Positions 62,263-64,000 of a stretch of 64,000 nt of DNA are shown piece by piece. The notes beneath the pieces were generated by a model. The model was not told where the DNA came from and made no database searches. It saw only the letters and a list, made by a program, of their open reading frames with translations. Source of the DNA: a virus (lineage: Duplodnaviria > Caudoviricetes); the IMG/VR virus record IMGVR_UViG_3300033075_001328, positions 8,153-72,152 of that record. One strand, written 5' to 3'. The position numbers were made by a program, and so were the translations under genes. How positions within the stretch are numbered: position 1 is the stretch's first letter; every line of letters begins with the position of its first letter.

Positions 62263-63483
62263 ATGACCCTCACAATCGAACTACGCGGCACCAACCCCCA
62301 AGCCATGAATGTACATATCAGGTACAGCAACGGCGCAAACTGCCGTATTAAAACGGGCATTAAGGCGGATGCTAGCCACTTTCAACATGTAGTCGGGGCG
62401 TGGATATTACCCATTAAAGAAAACGCAGCTAAAAACGCTGCTATTAAGGCTAAACTGAACGAGGTGGAGCAATTCGCAAACCTATGTTTGGTGAAGGACG
62501 GGGCATATCCAACGGCGGCGGCTGTGGCGGCGCATTTCAAAAAGGCTGCGGTATCGCCACATAATAGTCGTGATTTGTTTGCCATGTTCCTAAAAACCAA
62601 GCGCGGTGAAAGTCTAGGTAGGTACAGGCAATATGAAAAGCTAGGTGAACGGCTATTTCAATTTGATGCTAAACTGGACTTGAAAAACTTCGGTGTCGCC
62701 ACATACGGGGCGTTTCGGGATTATTTGGAGCAGGACTGTGAGTTGGGCGACAATACGGTAGCGGCACATATTACCATGCTCAAAAGCCTACTTTATTGGT
62801 GTATAGATAACGGGCATAGCTCCATAAACCGCACCGAGGTAAAAGCATTTGACGATAGTTGGACTGAGCGCGATATAATCTACCACAGTCAAGCCGAAAT
62901 AAGTGCCATGTTTAGGGTTAACTTGACTGGCGAATTGGATATGGCTAGGGATGCCTATTTGTTGCAGATAATGACAGGTGCAAGGCACAGCGACACCGAC
63001 AGTAGCAGGTGGATAATAGAAGGCGATTATTTACGCTTTGTACCCAAGAAAACAGAACACACTAGCGGCACAGAGGTCAAAGTCCATTTGCGTCCCGAAG
63101 CTATTGCGCTGCTGAAAAAGTACGAAGGCGGCAAATTCCCCCACTTTGAAAACGGACTTTATAACAGCCAAATAAAGGCGGTTGGTGAGCTAAGTGGTAT
63201 AAACTATCCAGTCAGGCTTTTAAAAGGGCGTAAAGGCTATGCTAAAGGCGAATCTGTGCCAAAGTATCAGCTAATGTCTAGCCACGTAGCCAGGGCAACT
63301 TTTATATGCCTTATGCTGAACAACGGTATATCCGAAGCTATCATCTGCAAAATGGCTGGCATCGGCACGGCTGCATTGAAGCATTATAGCCACATAATGG
63401 ACGAAACAGTAAAAGCTGCTAGCGAGGCGGTGTATGCCAAAACGGGTGATTTAAGTGCGCCTGTATTGAGGAAGGTAGTATAA
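62263..63483 (+). CDS. int: tyrosine recombinase/integrase (Bacteroidota arm-binding + SAM-like type)
   Basis: TGARHSD, PKKT, SSHVARATF, C-terminal Tyr; N-terminal IRYSNG...IKTGIK arm domain. Confidence 0.85.
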   Translation: MTLTIELRGTNPQAMNVHIRYSNGANCRIKTGIKADASHFQHVVGAWILPIKENAAKNAAIKAKLNEVEQFANLCLVKDGAYPTAAAVAAHFKKAAVSPHNSRDLFAMFLKTKRGESLGRYRQYEKLGERLFQFDAKLDLKNFGVATYGAFRDYLEQDCELGDNTVAAHITMLKSLLYWCIDNGHSSINRTEVKAFDDSWTERDIIYHSQAEISAMFRVNLTGELDMARDAYLLQIMTGARHSDTDSSRWIIEGDYLRFVPKKTEHTSGTEVKVHLRPEAIALLKKYEGGKFPHFENGLYNSQIKAVGELSGINYPVRLLKGRKGYAKGESVPKYQLMSSHVARATFICLMLNNGISEAIICKMAGIGTAALKHYSHIMDETVKAASEAVYAKTGDLSAPVLRKVV

Positions 63484-63515
63484 AAGAAAAAGCCCGCAGC
63501 TTTCGACTACGGGCT
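63482..63515 (-). terminator. terminator between convergent genes
   Basis: AGCCCG/CGGGCT stem with a U-rich run on the minus strand. Confidence 0.6.
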
Positions 63516-63584
63516 ACGATTTTGTGCTTTCGCACCTCCGTTAGGAGCAACCCAAAACTAACCCAAATCTGCGTAACTACCAAA

Positions 63585-63974
63585 TTAATGATTCGCTTTT
63601 AGTTCCGTGCCAGTTAGGGCGCTTGCTAGGTTCTGTAATTGGTGGACGTATTTCATTTTATTGCTAAGTTGCACCAAGTCATTAAGGTGGTAGTTATCCC
63701 TATCGGTTTGGCTTCCCTGTCTAAAATATACATACCAAGTCCCTTCATCGTTTTTACAGATAGATAGCTCCTCAAGTTCTGCATAGGTGCATTTTATAAT
63801 CTTGTGGTATGAAGTGATTAACGCAGATTGAAACTTCTCAAACGACAACTTTACCAACCACTCCTCAGTTAGCGGTATGGGTTCAAGGTCTTTATCTGCC
63901 ACCTCTAGCATATCTCCCTCATTACCTTCAAAATTCAAGTACGCCATATCTTTGAAAACTCCTACAACGGTCAT
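63585..63974 (-). CDS. conserved Bacteroidota phage hypothetical protein
   Basis: EPIPLTEEWL ... YVHQLQNL...LTGTEL. Confidence 0.75.
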   Translation of the reverse strand: MTVVGVFKDMAYLNFEGNEGDMLEVADKDLEPIPLTEEWLVKLSFEKFQSALITSYHKIIKCTYAELEELSICKNDEGTWYVYFRQGSQTDRDNYHLNDLVQLSNKMKYVHQLQNLASALTGTELKANH

Positions 63975-64000
63975 AGGGAAACTATTTCCGTCACATACTA

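Larger units (their letters stand above)
1..64000. mobile_element. Bacteroidota-infecting tailed phage (podovirus-type, Crassvirales-related virion module, probably temperate)
   Basis: Terminase, portal, major capsid, tail, lysis, RecT/exonuclease and integrase genes all present; no host genes; Bacteroidota TAnnTTTG promoters. Confidence 0.93.

Noticed and set aside
1-64000. CRISPR array, diversity-generating retroelement, retron
   Set aside because: No regularly spaced repeats, no reverse transcriptase motif (YxDD) in any ORF, and no template/variable repeat pair seen by eye
1-64000. Stop-codon reassignment as in some crAss-like phages
   Set aside because: Long genes (terL, portal, 1721-aa muzzle) are intact in the standard code with dense coding, and TAG and TGA are used as real stops

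Overview
The whole window reads as one tailed-phage genome, possibly near-complete. I saw no host housekeeping genes, rRNA, canonical tRNA or CRISPR array. The host is almost certainly Bacteroidota: many TAnnTTTG (-7) promoter boxes, A/C-rich ribosome-loading leaders and a Bacteroidota-type tyrosine recombinase. Layout: (i) 128-9452 (+) early recombination/replication genes (XRE HTH, RecT plus exonuclease, HNH, replication pair, MazG-like); (ii) 9487-10584 (-) lipoprotein and amidase endolysin, separated from holin-like genes by a roughly 4 kb HNH-led island (10656-14519); (iii) 14629-43067 (-) podovirus-type virion module resembling Crassvirales-related Bacteroidota phages (holins, fibre, cargo proteins with an embedded ferritin, 1721-aa muzzle/stabilisation protein, ring proteins, major capsid, scaffold, portal); (iv) 43180-48203 an opposite-strand glycosyltransferase/methyltransferase cassette with a serine recombinase and XRE regulator, wedged between portal and terminase; (v) 48200-51808 terminase and a tandem GroES-like gene; (vi) 52011-56467 (-) small accessory genes including an Acb2/Tad1-like hairpin protein, a structured ncRNA candidate, a DEDD exonuclease and a RepL-like gene; (vii) a roughly 860 bp non-coding origin/terminus-like region; (viii) 57375-63974 regulators, HNH-AP2, early orphans and the tyrosine integrase. 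Best leads: the glycosylation cassette bounded by a repeated palindrome, the seed/anti-seed RNA leaders in front of two HNH genes, the T-loop ncRNA beside the Acb2/Tad1-like gene, the ferritin among cargo genes, and single genes flanked by short direct repeats. All family calls are by-eye motif recognition; no database search was run.
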